The notes under the pieces: generated by a model
The model's input: only the letters and a program-made list of their open reading frames with translations
Database searches by the model: none
What the model was told of the DNA's origin: nothing
Made by a program: the position numbers and the translations under genes
Shown: positions 1-13,217 of the stretch, piece after piece
Numbering within the stretch: the stretch's first letter is position 1
How the letters are laid out: the number at the start of each line of letters is the position of its first letter
Assembly (NCBI GenBank): GCA_951406725.2
Contig: OX597827.1
Coordinates: forward strand, 76,632,001-76,696,000
Reading direction: 5' to 3'
Length of the DNA: 64,000 bases
Origin: Octopus vulgaris
Taxonomy: Eukaryota

Positions 1-138
1 AGATAGATATAGCTAGGTAGAAGAGAAGAAATTGGACAGAGAAACTGCCTCTTTTCTCTCCAATAGAGGGGAAATATAGAGAAATATTGTAATAAGAGGG
101 GAGATATGGACGACAGTGGGGGAAAAGGGAATATATAG

Positions 139-234
<96 letters not shown>

Positions 235-308
235 TATGTTCATACTTACATAAATTCATATATATATATATATATATATTCATATACATACACACAAGTA
301 TGTATAGG

Positions 309-340
<32 letters not shown>

Positions 341-778
341 TGTATATTGAGGGGGTGGGAGTGGAAAATAATAGGTGAGATATTGGGTGAGAAAAAGAGA
401 GTAGGAGCGTGAGAGGGTGAGTAATTGGTGGGGGTGGGGAATATAAACGTATGTATCAAACGAGATAGATCGATAGAGCATGAGAGAAGAGAGAGGGAGA
501 GCATGAGAGGCAGAGAGAGGCAGACGGAGACAGAAATAGATAGAAAGTGTGTGAGAGAGAGAGAGAGAGTGATGGGAGAAAGATAGAGAGAGAAAGAAAA
601 GCAGAAAGACAAGAAGAGATTAATTATAGAAAGAGTGAAAAACAGAGGAAGAAAAGAGTGGGTGGTGGTGGTGGTGGTGGTGGTTGTGGTGGTGGCGGTG
701 ATGGTAATGGTGGCGGCGGCAGCGACGGTAATGTTTGCGGTAAAGATGGTGGTGGAAGAGTTGGTGATGTTGTCGTCG

Positions 779-825
<47 letters not shown>

Positions 826-1207
826 GGTGGTGGTGGTGGAACGAGTACAAATTAACCCACATGAGAGAGTTAAAGTTGGTTGAAGAGAAATAGTAGAGGT
901 GGCGGTGGCGGCGGTTGTGGTGGTGGCGGTGGTGGTGGAGAAATGGAAGACGTAGGGAAAACGAGAGAGAAAAAAGAGAACAGAGAGAGAAATATGGGAG
1001 AGAGAGAGAGAGAAAGAAAGCTAATGAGAAGAGAATGTAGAGAGAGGGAAAGATAGCAGAAGAGAGAGAGAGAGATAAACATTTGTAAAGAGAGGGAGAG
1101 ATAGAGAGGAAGAGGGAGAGAGGAGAGGAAAAGAGACGTGACTTTTGGAGTTATGAGATGAAAGCATACACAGTCGTTATGTATATGTGTGTATATATGT
1201 GTATATA

Positions 1208-1239
<32 letters not shown>

Positions 1240-1283
1240 GTCACACATTTATAAATGAATATATATTTATGTACATATATTAC

Positions 1284-1344
<61 letters not shown>

Positions 1345-1706
1345 CATAAATTTGTTTGCGTGTGTGCGCGGACGCGGGTATCCATTATATAAATGCACAC
1401 GCACACACAAATATATCAATATATTTATGCATATATATACACGTATACATAAATGTACATACATACATATACATGTATGTGTGTGTATATGTGGAAGCGA
1501 ATATACACGCATACACTCACGCATGTATATATGTATTCATACACATACATATATATATATACATATATATAAATAAATATACATACATACACACACACAC
1601 ATATATATATACATATACTACATATAAGTATATATGTACACATATATAGATATATGCATACGTATAGACACACATATATACATATACACACACACACTTA
1701 TATATT

Positions 1707-1775
<69 letters not shown>

Positions 1776-1902
1776 CACATGTATATTTATATACGTGTGT
1801 GTTTGTGTGTGTACAGTCTGCTAAATATACGTATTTACATGCTTGTGTATGTATATCTATTAATATGTGTGTGAGCGTGTATATATATATATATATATAT
1901 AC

Positions 1903-1939
<37 letters not shown>

Positions 1940-2213
1940 TGTATATACATATATATACATATATATATACACACACATATATATATACACACACATATAT
2001 ATATATATACATACACACGTATTAAGAGACAAACACATCGACACATACATTCACACAGACAGAAGGGAAAAAAATAATGAAAGAGGGAGTGAAAGAGAGG
2101 GACAGTGAGAGTAGTAGAGAGAAGTAAAGGAGAGGGAGTTAAAAGGATAAAGCGTAGCGTGTGAGAGGGAGGAGGACGGGAGGCAAGGAAAATGTAAGAG
2201 GGGAAGGGAGAAA

Positions 2214-2245
<32 letters not shown>

Positions 2246-3861
2246 GGTGAATGAAGAACAGTTGGTAGTGGGAGGCGAATAAAAAGCGGTGAACGTTGTA
2301 GAGGGAGAGGAGAGGGATGAAGAAATATTGTGAGGGAAGGAGTAGAGGAAAGTAAAGAGTAAAGGAGAGTGTGTAATGAGGAGAAGGTAGAGGAATAGGA
2401 GAGAGAGAGGGTGAGAGAGGAAAAGCAAGAAAGAGGTCATCAGGGTGGAACATGTTGGGAAAAGGCAGACGACAGACGAATGGTGAGGGAGGGGAAGTAA
2501 GAGATAGTGAGAGAGAGAGAGAGAGATAGTGAGGTGATAGAGAGAGATAAGAGAGAGACAAAGAAAAGAAAGAATAATATGATAAATGGATGGAAATGGA
2601 GAGGGAGGGAGAAGAGATAGACAAAAAGAGAAAGAGAGAAATGATGTGATAAAGAGAGAGAAGGAACATGATAAAGAGGGATTAAAAGATAGAAAGGAAA
2701 AGAGAAAGAAAATGAGAAAGAGAGAGATAGCAAACAGAGGAAGAGAAGCAATAGAGAGAGAGAGAGACAGAGTGAAAGAGACACTGAGATAGAGAAAGAC
2801 AGTGAAAGGGAAACAGTGAAAAATGAATGCGAGAAAAAGACTCAGAGTTAGAGAGAGTAAAAAAGAGGGAGACAGACAGACACAGAGAGATAGAGAGAGG
2901 GAAAGGGAGAGGGAGAGGGAGAATTAGACAGGTTGGTGAAGGAGAAGCAACGGGGAAAGCAAAACAACAGAATAATAGAGATGAAGAGGAAGACGGATTC
3001 TCATCGCTTCTCCGCCGCCAACCTTCGTCTGATACTTCTCTCTCTCCCTCTCCGTCTCTCTCATTTACTCTTTCCCTCGTTGTCTCTTCCTGTCTCTCTC
3101 TCTTGCTGTCTGTTTATCTCTCTCTCGTTCTCTCTCTCGTTCTCTCTCTCTTTCTGTCTGTTTATCTCTCTCTCATTCTCTCTCGCTTTCTGTCTCTCTC
3201 TCTTGCTGTCTCTGTCTATGTCACTTTCTCACTCCTTTCTATGACTATCTCACTGTCTCTCACCCTGTTTCTTTCTCTCTTCCCTCTCTCTCTTCCCCCC
3301 CTCTCTCTCTCTGCAAAGGAAAGCAAAGAGATAAGTAAAGCAGAAAGGAAAAAGAGGAAGGGAAAGAGACAGAAAAAAAAGAGTGTGTATACACGTGAAT
3401 GATTTGCGGGAGGGGAAAGTGGCGAGAGACAGAAAGAGAGAGAGATAGAGGCAAGGAGATAGAGAAGGAAAGAGAGGGAGAAAAATAGCGATATAGTAAA
3501 AGAGGAATTGGAGAGAGACAGAGAGAGAAATAGACAAAGCGTTAGAGAGGGAAAATAGAGAGAGTATTTAAACGAGAGAGGAAAGGTGATAGAAAGGGCA
3601 TTATAAGGAGGGTGAGAGAAGTGATGATATGAGAGAGAAAGGGTGAAATTTAGAGAGAGAGAGAGAGAAAGACAAAACGCGGTTGGGTAAGTGTACCCGT
3701 ATGTATGTATGTATATGTGTGTATGTGTGTGAGTGTGCAGTGTGATGTGACTTGAGGAACCAGTTACACACACATACATACACACACATACACACACACA
3801 TATATATATATATATATAATATAGGTATTTATATATATATATATTTACATATATGTGTGTG

Positions 3862-3903
<42 letters not shown>

Positions 3904-5086
3904 CATATATATCTCCATAACTGTACATATACACACACGCACACACACACATACGCATAAATCTATAATATATGTGTATCTGTTTGTGCTATGTATGTGT
4001 ATACGTATGTACTGTGTGTGTGTGTGTATGTGTGTGTCTGTGTGTGTATATGGTGGTGGAAAACGAAGAGGAAGGAGTAACGATAGCGTAAGAGAGAGAG
4101 GGAAGGGAAGTGAGACAGAGATAGAAAGAGATATTGCGCGGCGGTGGTGGGGAACGCATGATTGTGTTTGTGTATGTGTGTGTATGTATGCGTATATGTG
4201 TATGCTTATGTGCGTATATGTGGATATTTATATATATGCGTGTGTTTGTGCGTGTGTGTGCGTATATGAAAAACAGAAAGAAAGACAGAAAAGGGAGGAG
4301 TAGGAGGAGGAGGAGAAGGTGAAGGTGAGAAAGGCTGTAGTAAAGAGATATCAACTGAGGGATCACAACAGAGAGATAGTGAAAGGATGGGGAGAGGTTG
4401 TCACAAATGGTGATGGCGGTGGTGGTGGTGGAGTTATAGTTATTGTTGTTGTTCACTGTGGTGGTGGTGGTGGCGGAGTTGATTTTGTTTGTAGTGATGC
4501 TGGTGGTGGTGGTGGTGGTGGTGATGGTGGAGGTATTGTTATTGTTGTTCGCGTTGGTGGTGGTGGTGGTGGTGGAGTCGTTGTTTGTGTCAATGTTGGA
4601 GGTGGTGTTTAGTGGCGTTGTTGTTATTGATGGTAATGCTAGTGGTGGTGGTGGTGGTGGTGGTAGTGGTGATGGCGTGGAGGTTAATGTTCTTATGGTG
4701 GTGGTGGCGATGGTGGTGGTGGTGATGGTGGTGGTGTTTGTGGTGGTAATCTTTTTATCCTTTTTATCCTTTTACTTGTTTCACTCATTGGACTGCGGCC
4801 ATGCTGGGGCACCGTCACGAAGTATTTTTAGTTGAATGAATCGACCCCAGTGAGTTTTTTTTTCTTTTTAAGACTGATATTTATGCTATCAGTCGATAAA
4901 ATAAGTACCGGGCTAAGTTACGAGGACGTAAACATATCAACACCGGTTGTCAAGCGTCGGTGGGTACAAACACAGGCTCTAAGTCATACCCCTCATATAC
5001 ATAAATGACGATGCACCATAAAGCTAAACCCTTTATGGAAGGGAAACTCATAAACCGGTAGTCCCTTTTTTTTAATATATATATAT

Positions 5087-5135
<49 letters not shown>

Positions 5136-5138
<3 letters not shown>

Positions 5139-5312
5139 TAAATAAAAAAAAGAGCAAACAAAAAAAAACAACGCGAGGACGTGGTGCATGTAAAGTATTA
5201 GCAGGCGCTCAGGGAAGGAAAGAAAAATGGTTTAATATTTCGAGCAGATGCTCTTCTTCGGAAACAGGAAAGTCCAATAGAAAGGAAGACGGAAGAAAAA
5301 AAATCGCCAACG

Positions 5313-5316
<4 letters not shown>
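5136..5316 (-). mobile_element. Family D Penelope-like fragment, hammerhead variant CCGAAGA at 5231-5264
   Basis: Homologous to 11548-11752; inserted in the internal microsatellite of a SINE. Confidence 0.6.
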
Positions 5317-5349
<33 letters not shown>

Positions 5350-5407
5350 ACAGGCTTCTTTCAGTTTTCTTCTACCAAATACACTCACAAAGCTTTGGTC
5401 AGCCCGT

Positions 5408-5477
<70 letters not shown>

Positions 5478-5946
5478 GCAGACAGTTGCTCAAGGTACCA
5501 TGCAGTGGGGTTGAACCTGGAACCATGGGTTTGAGAAGCAAACTTACTACCACAGAGCCACTCCGGCGCTTAATTATTGGTTTCCTATTTTGGCATAAGG
5601 CCAGCATCTTCGGAGAAGGGCCGAGTCGATTAAATGGACCCAGTGTTCCACTGGTACTTATTTCATCGATCCCGAAAGGATGAAAGGGAAAGCCGACCCC
5701 GGCGGAATTTGAACTCAGAAAGTAAAGACTAGCTCTTATTTAAGTCTATTATTCTACACTTGTCGAAGAAAATTATGATCAAGTACGTTCCATCTGTGAC
5801 CATCTCGTCTAGATACTCGGGACTACATTATTCAACGTGTCTTTCAAGATTGTAAATTGTAATATAAGGAATATTTAGGTTTTTCCTTGGCTCGTTTTAT
5901 TGTTGTTTTGGACTTTGTTGTTGTTGTTTGAACCCAGGTCAGTATT

Positions 5947-6345
5947 CTTTTCTACTCAAGGCACAAGGCCTAACATTTTAGGGTAGGGGGCCAGTCGATT
6001 AGATAAACCCTAATACGCAACTGGTACTTCATTTACCGGCCGCGAAAGGATGAAAAGCAAAGCCGACCTCGGCGGAATTTGAACTCAGAACACGAAGACA
6101 GACGAAACACCTATTTCTTTACTGCCCACAAGGGGCCACACACAGAGGGGATAAACAAGGACAGACAAAGGGATTAAGTCGATTATATCGACCCCAGTGC
6201 GTAACTGGTACTTATTTAATCGACCCCCAAAAGGATGAAAGGCAAAGTCGACCTCGGCGGAATTTGAACTCAGAACGTAACGGCAGACCAAATACTGCTA
6301 AGAATTTCGCCCGGCGTGCTATCGTTTCTGCCAGCTCGCCGCCTT
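5947..6345 (-). mobile_element. tRNA-derived SINE family B (dimeric), 16-bp TSD
   Basis: TSD AACCCAGGTCAGTATT at 5931 and 6346; B box GAGTTCAAATTCC. Other copies at about 8146-8564, 15120-15820, 34402-34638, 37620-37820, 37886-38285, 41150-41330, 41940-42380, 48115-48470, 56985-57390, 58647-58930. Confidence 0.85.
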
Positions 6346-6611
6346 AACCCAGGTCAGTATTGACTGAGCGACCATCCCAACCATAGCGCACCCCCAATCC
6401 AAGGTATTCTTATTTAGGGGTTAAGGAAGAGTGGGGTAGCAAATGCACAGGGTCACCATCTGCATAAGAACGAAACAGTAAAGTGGATGTTCACATAGCT
6501 CATGTAATGAACCAAGGGATTCTAAAGACTTAAAACGACATCTGTGGAGAGGAAAATTCTGCTCAAGAAAAGTAAGGGAGACAACCCCGAAATTTCAATG
6601 AATTAAAATTA

Positions 6612-7110
6612 CCATAAATCCTCGAGTATAGTCCGCCCTTGAGTATAATACGCAGGCGATTTTTAGGGGGCTGTACCACTGAAAAACCTAAACCTTTTGT
6701 ATAATACGCACCCCTTGAGTCAAGGAGGACTATATAACGTCCTTGGTTTGTCAAAATGTATACGGTAACGTCCTTTATTTATTATTGTATATATAACATA
6801 ATGCAAATGTGTAGCTTTTTTGTACATTTTGATTGCAGAAAATAAAGAAATAACAGTAATAATGTTTAATAAATGTTGCTTACTGCAAGTTATGGATGAT
6901 TCTTTTATGACTTCATTGCTTTCAGGCTTAGCTTAAGGTATTTTCGCACCCGACATCACAAAATGCGTCTGAATAAACATTGCCGGACAACAAATAGAGA
7001 CTAGGACATTGCTTAGAAAATAATTTTCATTTTTAACCTCGTGTATAATACGCACTAGGGATTTTGACCTTTAAATTTGGGGGTGGGGTGGATTATACTC
7101 GTAATTTATA
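6612..7110. mobile_element. Tc1/pogo-type MITE
   Basis: TA-CCATAAATCCTCGAGTATA... with inverted TATACTCGTAATTTA; repeated GTATAATACGCA subterminal motifs. Confidence 0.6.
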
Positions 7111-7114
7111 ATTC

Positions 7115-7260
7115 CACTTCGAAGGCCTCTACAATGATGGGAAGACGATCTGGTTAAGCAATTCGGGGGTCAAGATGGAAAAGAATTACACAGTCAAGAC
7201 AATTGGAAGCGCATTGTGACAAGCGTTGTATAACAGCATCCGATAGTCTGATCTATACTG
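7115..7260 (+). mobile_element. Old RTE-like LINE 3' end
   Basis: RPLQ*WEDDLVKQFG / RWKRITQSR / WKRIVTSVV*. The tail resembles the SINE tail at 36988-37035. Confidence 0.55.
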
Positions 7261-8679
7261 TGATAGTGTGATAAATAGAATGTGGCAAAAGTCCTTAATT
7301 AAGTGATTAGATGGAGATTTGGTTGTTATTTCTAGTACTTACAGAGACCATATAGAAGTTCTGTGTTGCTGTTCATGTTTCTGTTTTTATGGCTGTTGTT
7401 TTTGTTGTTGTTTGGTTCCAGATTCGCTCAGCTCTAATCAGAAAGGTCCAGCAAAGCTAATTCTAACCGTGACCATCTCGCCTTTTCCCTAACATTCAAG
7501 AACTCGGGACTACATGTTTCCCCTCGTTGTTTTTCCCAAACCGGTGAGGGTGTGATCTGAGGGAGATTTAGCTACTATTTCTCACACATCAACCCAAAAC
7601 GTAGATGTCTCCTCGTCACTTCAGCAGACAACGATGGAGTTACTTAACCCCAGCTCACTTCTGATTAAGCAGGAAGCTCTTGGATCGAAAGCGTTCCAGC
7701 CGTGACCAATTCACCTTTTATTTGGACATAGTGTAATTTTGGTGAAATTTGGCTGCTACTTCTAGTGGGTTGAATGACCACATTGAGGCTCCCTCACTGA
7801 ATTTGTTGTTGCTGGTGGTGGCAGTTTTAATTAATTAATTAATTAATTTTATATTTCAAAAAGTAAAGAATAGCGTTGTCAAATCGACCAATCACTGATC
7901 CATTGTATTTTTTTATTTTCACATCACGAGTGACAAGGGAGTGTCTGTCAGTCGGCGCGGAGCACGTATCGCCAGGGTTCGAAAACAGGCTTTTTCTTCA
8001 GTTCTATCACCAATGTTCATCATTCGTCCATGAAAGATACGCACGCACTCACACACACATACACGCACACTCACACAAGCATACAGACACACACACATAC
8101 ATACATGCACATACATGTACCACAATCTATGTTCACAAATATATACCTATTTCTTTACTACCCACAAGGGGCTAAAAACAGAGGGGGCAAACAAGGACAG
8201 ACAAACGGATTAAGTCGATTGCATCAATCCCAGTGCGTAACTGGTACTTAATTTATCGACCCCGAAAGGATGAAAGACAAAGTCGACCTCGGCAGAATTT
8301 GAACTCACAACGTAACGGCAGACGAAATACCTATTTCTTTACTGCCCACAAGGAGCTAAACACAGAGGGGGCAAACAAGGACAGACAATCGGATTAAGTC
8401 GATTACAACGACCCTAGTGTGTAACTGGTACTTATTCAATCGACCCCGAAAAGATGAAAGGCAAAGTCGACTTCGGCGGAATTTGAACTCAGAACGTAAC
8501 GGCAGACGAAATACGGCTACGCATTTCGCCCGGCCTGCTAACGGTTCTCCCAGCTCGCCGCCTTCTATGTACACAAATATATACCAACACTTTTATTCAG
8601 TTTTAATGTCCGTCTTCACGCTACGATCTGCGCCAAAGAACATCTCTTAATTTCATTTTCGTTTCCATTATGCAAATTA

Positions 8680-8878
8680 CGAGAGAGTGCCGAAAAGTTC
8701 CTGGCTTTTGGGGAAAGAAAATACAGGAAGATCAGTCAATTATGGTTTTATTCAGATTTACACACATATTGCAGCGGACCTCAGTTTTTCAAAGTCCTGT
8801 AAAAGAATTCGGAAGTTTGGGTCTCCAACTAGGCCTTTCGCGATACCCTTAAAGCCAAGAAGTTTTCAACATCGTACC
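8680..8878 (+). mobile_element. Mariner-type MITE
   Basis: Homologous to 14425-14644; TA flanks. Confidence 0.65.
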
Positions 8879-9060
8879 TAAGCAATACATGAGCTCCCAT
8901 CTGTTTTGTATATGTCTATCTCGTTCTGTTCGAGACCAGATAAAACAACTGGTGCACTGATGACGTCTGGTGAGACGAATGTACGTTTCTGCAATTTCCC
9001 TCTTCTCTTCAAACTATCAGACTCTCTCTCTCTCTCCCCTTCTCTCTCCCCCTCTCTCTC

Positions 9061-9114
<54 letters not shown>

Positions 9115-9692
9115 TAAAAGAAATAAAACATATGCATATATATAAACATATATGTACGTACCTACCTCTACATGTACATATACACGCATATATGAGTACA
9201 GGACACCAAAGGGACGTCGAACACATAGAGAAACGAAAACATAGACACAAACCAAGGGAACAGGACATTTTTTTAAAAACAACAAAAACTGGAGTACAGG
9301 ACAGTTAACACAACGAAAAAACCCCTTCTTCAGTCGCTAAGGTTTCATCTACTCTACGTTTCGAAGGATAAAAGCGAGACGTATCTTCGACAAGAAACTT
9401 TCCTTCCTGCGAAAAGCAAATCAATTAAAATTCTGAGATCTTTTCGCAGAGGGGTAAAAAATGGTAAAAAAATGGTAAAAAAACGAGACAGTAACGACAG
9501 TACAAAAATATAAACAGTAAAAAAATATATATATAAACAGTAAAAAAATATATATAACAGTAAAAGACAGGACAGGGAGAACAAGATAAGAAAGGCTGTT
9601 GACGCCGAACGAAAAAAGTATTGCAAACGCTGAATTTTTTGTGAACGACGAATATATATCTGTAAATGTAATTACAATTACTTGGTAGCCAT

Positions 9693-9753
9693 GATAAAAC
9701 TCCGAGTTTCGGATGTCGGGGTGGAAATCCACGCCGCCATCTCTTCAGTTATC
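9693..9753 (-). ncRNA. Type I hammerhead ribozyme motif, canonical CUGAAGA core
   Basis: Minus strand: GATAA CTGAAGA GATG...(GTGGA-TT-TCCAC)...CATC C GAAA CTCGGAG TT TTATC. Stems I, II and quasi-palindromic III all close. Confidence 0.7.
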
Positions 9754-9937
9754 CGGCCATCGGAAAAAATGCTATGAAAATGACCGTTAAACAAAGGGAA
9801 ATTACTGTGTAATTGACCGTTATTAAGACAAAAGAGCTATTAGAATGACCGCTACATAAGGGGAGGGAGTAAAAGTACGCGAATACTATAAACATTTTTA
9901 CTCCCTCCCCTCACTTATATATGCATATATTTATTTA

Positions 9938-9994
<57 letters not shown>

Positions 9995-10159
9995 GGCGTA
10001 GGAGTGGCTGTGTGGTAAGTATCTTGCTTACCTACCACGTGGTTCCAGGTTCAGTCCCACTGCGTGGCACCTTGGGCAAGTGTCTTCTAATATAGCCTCG
10101 GGTCAACCAAAGCCTTGTGAGTGGATTTGGTAGATGAAAACTGAAAGAAGCCCATCGTA

Positions 10160-10237
<78 letters not shown>

Positions 10238-10657
10238 GCCATGATAGATCGCTAGCCACTACACATTCTTTATTTTCTCTCCTTGTTTCTTTCTGTGTTC
10301 CTTTCTGTGGAAGAGCGTCGGCTCGAAACGTTAAAGACTTTTTCACTTCCCGAGCGTTATACTAATATATCTGTTTGTTATCTACACCACCTGTCTTCGT
10401 CCTTTTTTGTGAATTTTCTCCCTATATGTATATGTATGTATGTGTATATGTTTGTGTGTCTGTGTTTGTCCCCCAACATCGCTTGACAACAGATGCTGGT
10501 GTTTTTACGTCCCCGTAACGTAGCGGTTCGGCAAAAGAAACCGATAGAATAAGTACTAGGCTTCCAAAGAATAAGTCCTGAGGTCGATTTGCTCGACTAA
10601 AAGTGGTGCTCCAGCATGGCCGCAGTCAAATTACTGAAACAAGTAAAAGAGTAAAAG
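9995..10657 (+). mobile_element. tRNA-derived SINE family A (internal TA/TG microsatellite)
   Basis: A box TGGCTGTGTGG, B-box-like GGTTCAGTCCC, GTAAAAGA tail. Other copies at about 4752-5570(-), 12235-13115, 15933-16394, 18324-18490, 23283-23687(-), 31222-31662, 38500-38914(-), 45766-46237, 47100-47501(-), 50785-50945(-). Confidence 0.85.
10235..10422 (+). mobile_element. Family E Penelope-like fragment inserted in the (TA)n of a SINE; motif at 10301-10336
   Basis: CTTT CTGTGGA A GAGC-GTCG-GCTC GAAA CG TT AAAG. Confidence 0.6.
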
Positions 10658-10658
10658 C

Positions 10659-10710
<52 letters not shown>

Positions 10711-10828
10711 AAATATAAGGAATGGCCATAATAGGACATTCGACTCACTAGAAAGAGCAGCCAAACACAAACCGCTAACAGTTGTAATTCTGAAATTGAA
10801 AGAGAAATAAAAACGTTTACCCCTTTCA

Positions 10829-10923
10829 TCTCTGAACTATGCATAGTTTCGGCAAACTTTGGTAAACAAATTAATTAAATTAAATTAAATTTATTTACAA
10901 CTGGCGTGCCTCGTCAGCAGAGA
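10829..10923 (-). ncRNA. Type I hammerhead ribozyme, canonical core, in a Penelope-like terminal repeat
   Basis: Minus strand: stem I TCTCTG, CTGACGA, stem II GGCA...TGCC (extended by GTAAATAAATT/AATTTGTTTAC), GAAA, palindromic stem III A-CTATGCATAG-T, H17=U, stem I' CAGAGA. Confidence 0.8.
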
Positions 10924-11184
10924 AGCCATTCCTTATATTTTTGAATGTATATTATATAGTCTTTGATTATCTTTTCTTTCTCGCTGGACCGCTGATAGCG
11001 GAGAATTTTTTGCTACCCTTATATTTATTAATTAATGATTTTTTTGACTAATTTTGAAATTAAATCAGCAGTTTATATTTGCTGCTGAGAAGACCGCGCG
11101 ATTGCGGTAGATTTTGAAAATTTATAGCATATAGACTGGAGGCTTCCTTACCATCGCCTCGTGGATATATACTCGTCCTTGGCC

Positions 11185-11279
11185 TCTCTGCTGACGGGGC
11201 ACGCCAGTTGTAAATAAATTTAATTTAATTTAATTAATTTGTTTACCAAAGTTTGCCGAAACTATGCATAGTTCAGAGA
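11185..11279 (+). ncRNA. Inverted copy of the same hammerhead with core CTGACGG (A9G)
   Basis: Same stems as 10829-10923, located in the opposite arm of the inverted repeat. Confidence 0.65.
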
Positions 11280-11507
11280 TGAAAGGGGTAAACGTTTTTA
11301 TTTCTCTTTCAATTTCAGAATTACAACTATTAGCGGTTTGAGTTTGGCTGCTCTTTCTAGTGAGTCGAATGTCCTATTATGGCCATTCCTTATATTTATG
11401 AATGTATATTATGTAGTCTTTGACTATCTTCTCTTTCTCGCTGGACCGCTGGTAGCGGAGAATATTTTCTAGAATTTTTTGCTACCCTTATATTTATTAA
11501 TTTATTA

Positions 11508-11547
<40 letters not shown>

Positions 11548-11548
<1 letters not shown>

Positions 11549-11752
11549 GTTAATCCAAACATGAACAAAGAGAAAACACAATAACGCGAGGACGTGGAAC
11601 AAGTATCGTGTTATTGGACGCTCAGGAAAGGAAAGAAAGAAGGAGGATTTAACGTTTCGAGCGGAGCTCTTCGTCAGAAACATTGAAAAAGGAAAGCTCC
11701 AAGGAAGGGAAGACGGAGAAAGAAAATCGCCAACGATACACACGTGGTCACA
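11548..11752 (-). mobile_element. Penelope-like terminal fragment (family D) with minimal hammerhead at 11648-11680
   Basis: Minus strand: TTT CTGACGA A GAGC-TCC-GCTC GAAA CG TT AAA; adjoins (TA)n. Homologous copies at 5136-5316 and 62400-62595. Confidence 0.65.
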
Positions 11753-12151
11753 TGGATCTTTTCAGTTTGTTTATTTAATACTCTTTATTTATTTATTTAT
11801 TTATTTATTGCGAAAATTAATTTCAAAGCAGTGATTAGCATATAAAATCTTATCACTTCAACGAAAATGTAATCAATTCGAGGCAGGAATTGAAGAGATT
11901 GAAAACTGTCAGCCAAACAGAACAGATCCGAAAAAAATCTTTTTATAAATGCAAAACAATAAATTGAACTTTACGTGGATGCGAACGTTCATCCGAAGCT
12001 TACGTTTAACAAGAATTATATCTACCAGAGAGAGAGATAGAGTGGGGGGAGGGAGGGGGAGGGAGGGGGAGGGAGAGGGAAGGGAGAGGGATGGGGAGGG
12101 AGAGAGGGAGAGGAAGTGAGAGGGAGGTGGGGGAGAATCAGTCTGTTAGAC

Positions 12152-12230
12152 CAGTGGTTCTCAATCGGGGTCCGTCCAATATGACCCTTGGTAGGGGTCC
12201 ATATAAGATTTTGTTCTCAAAATTTATCTG
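12152..12230 (+). mobile_element. hAT (Charlie-like) MITE left end; a right end of the same type lies at 47045-47533
   Basis: CAGTGGTTCTCAA start; GTTGAGAATCCCTG end in the other copy. Confidence 0.55.
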
Positions 12231-12844
12231 CAGACGCAGGCGTGACTAGGCTCAGGCGTGGTTGTGAGGTAAGTAGCTTGCTTCCCAACCACATAGTTCC
12301 GGGTTCAGTCCCACTGCGTAGCACCTTGAGCAACTGTCTTCTGCGATAGCCTCGGGCCAACCAAAGTCTTGGGGGTGGATTTGGTAGACGGAAACTGAAA
12401 GAAGCCCGTCGTTTATGAATATACTACGGTACTCCGTCGGTTACGACGTCGAGGGTTCCGGTTGATCCGATCAACGGAACAGCCTGCTCGTGAAATTAAC
12501 GTGCGAGTGGCTGAGCACTCCACAGACACGTGTACCCTTAATGTAGTTCTCTGAGAGATTCAGCGTAACACAGAGTGTGACAAGGCTGGCCCTTTGAAAT
12601 ACAGGTACAACAGAAACAGGAAGAAAGAGTGGGAGAAGGTTGTGGTGGAAGAAAACAGCAGGGTTCGTCACCCCCACCCCCCTGTCGGTGCCTCGTGGAG
12701 CTTTAGGTGTTTTCGGCCAATAAACACTCACAAAGCCCGGTCTCGGAATCGAAACCCCGATGCTATGACCGCGAGTCCGCTGCCTTAACCACTGGGCCAT
12801 TGCGCCTCCACTTATCATTTCAACGAAAATGAAATCAATTGAGC

Positions 12845-12911
<67 letters not shown>

Positions 12912-13217
12912 TGAGTTTCTCTGTGTTTGTCTCCCCAGAGTCACTTGACAACTGGTATTAGTGAGTCTGCGTCCCTGTAACTTAGCGTTTCGGCAAAAGA
13001 CACCGATAGAATAAATACCAGGCTTTAAAAAGAGAGCTGCTGGGACTGATTCGATCGACTAAAATTCTTCGAGGTTGTGCTCCAGCATGGCCGCAGTCCA
13101 GTGACTGAAACAAGCAAAAGATAAAACATGCTACGAGATACATGAGATATACATTGGAATCCGGATTAAGTTTAGAATTGCTAATTGGAGGATTATCTCT
13201 GTGAAACACTTTTAAGC

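Larger units (their letters stand above)
10711..11500. mobile_element. Penelope-like pseudo-LTR arrangement: ~218-bp inverted arms plus a partial direct repeat, between (TA)n arrays
   Basis: 10711-10928 is the reverse complement of 11180-11397; 10926-11033 is repeated directly at 11382-11500. Confidence 0.75.
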
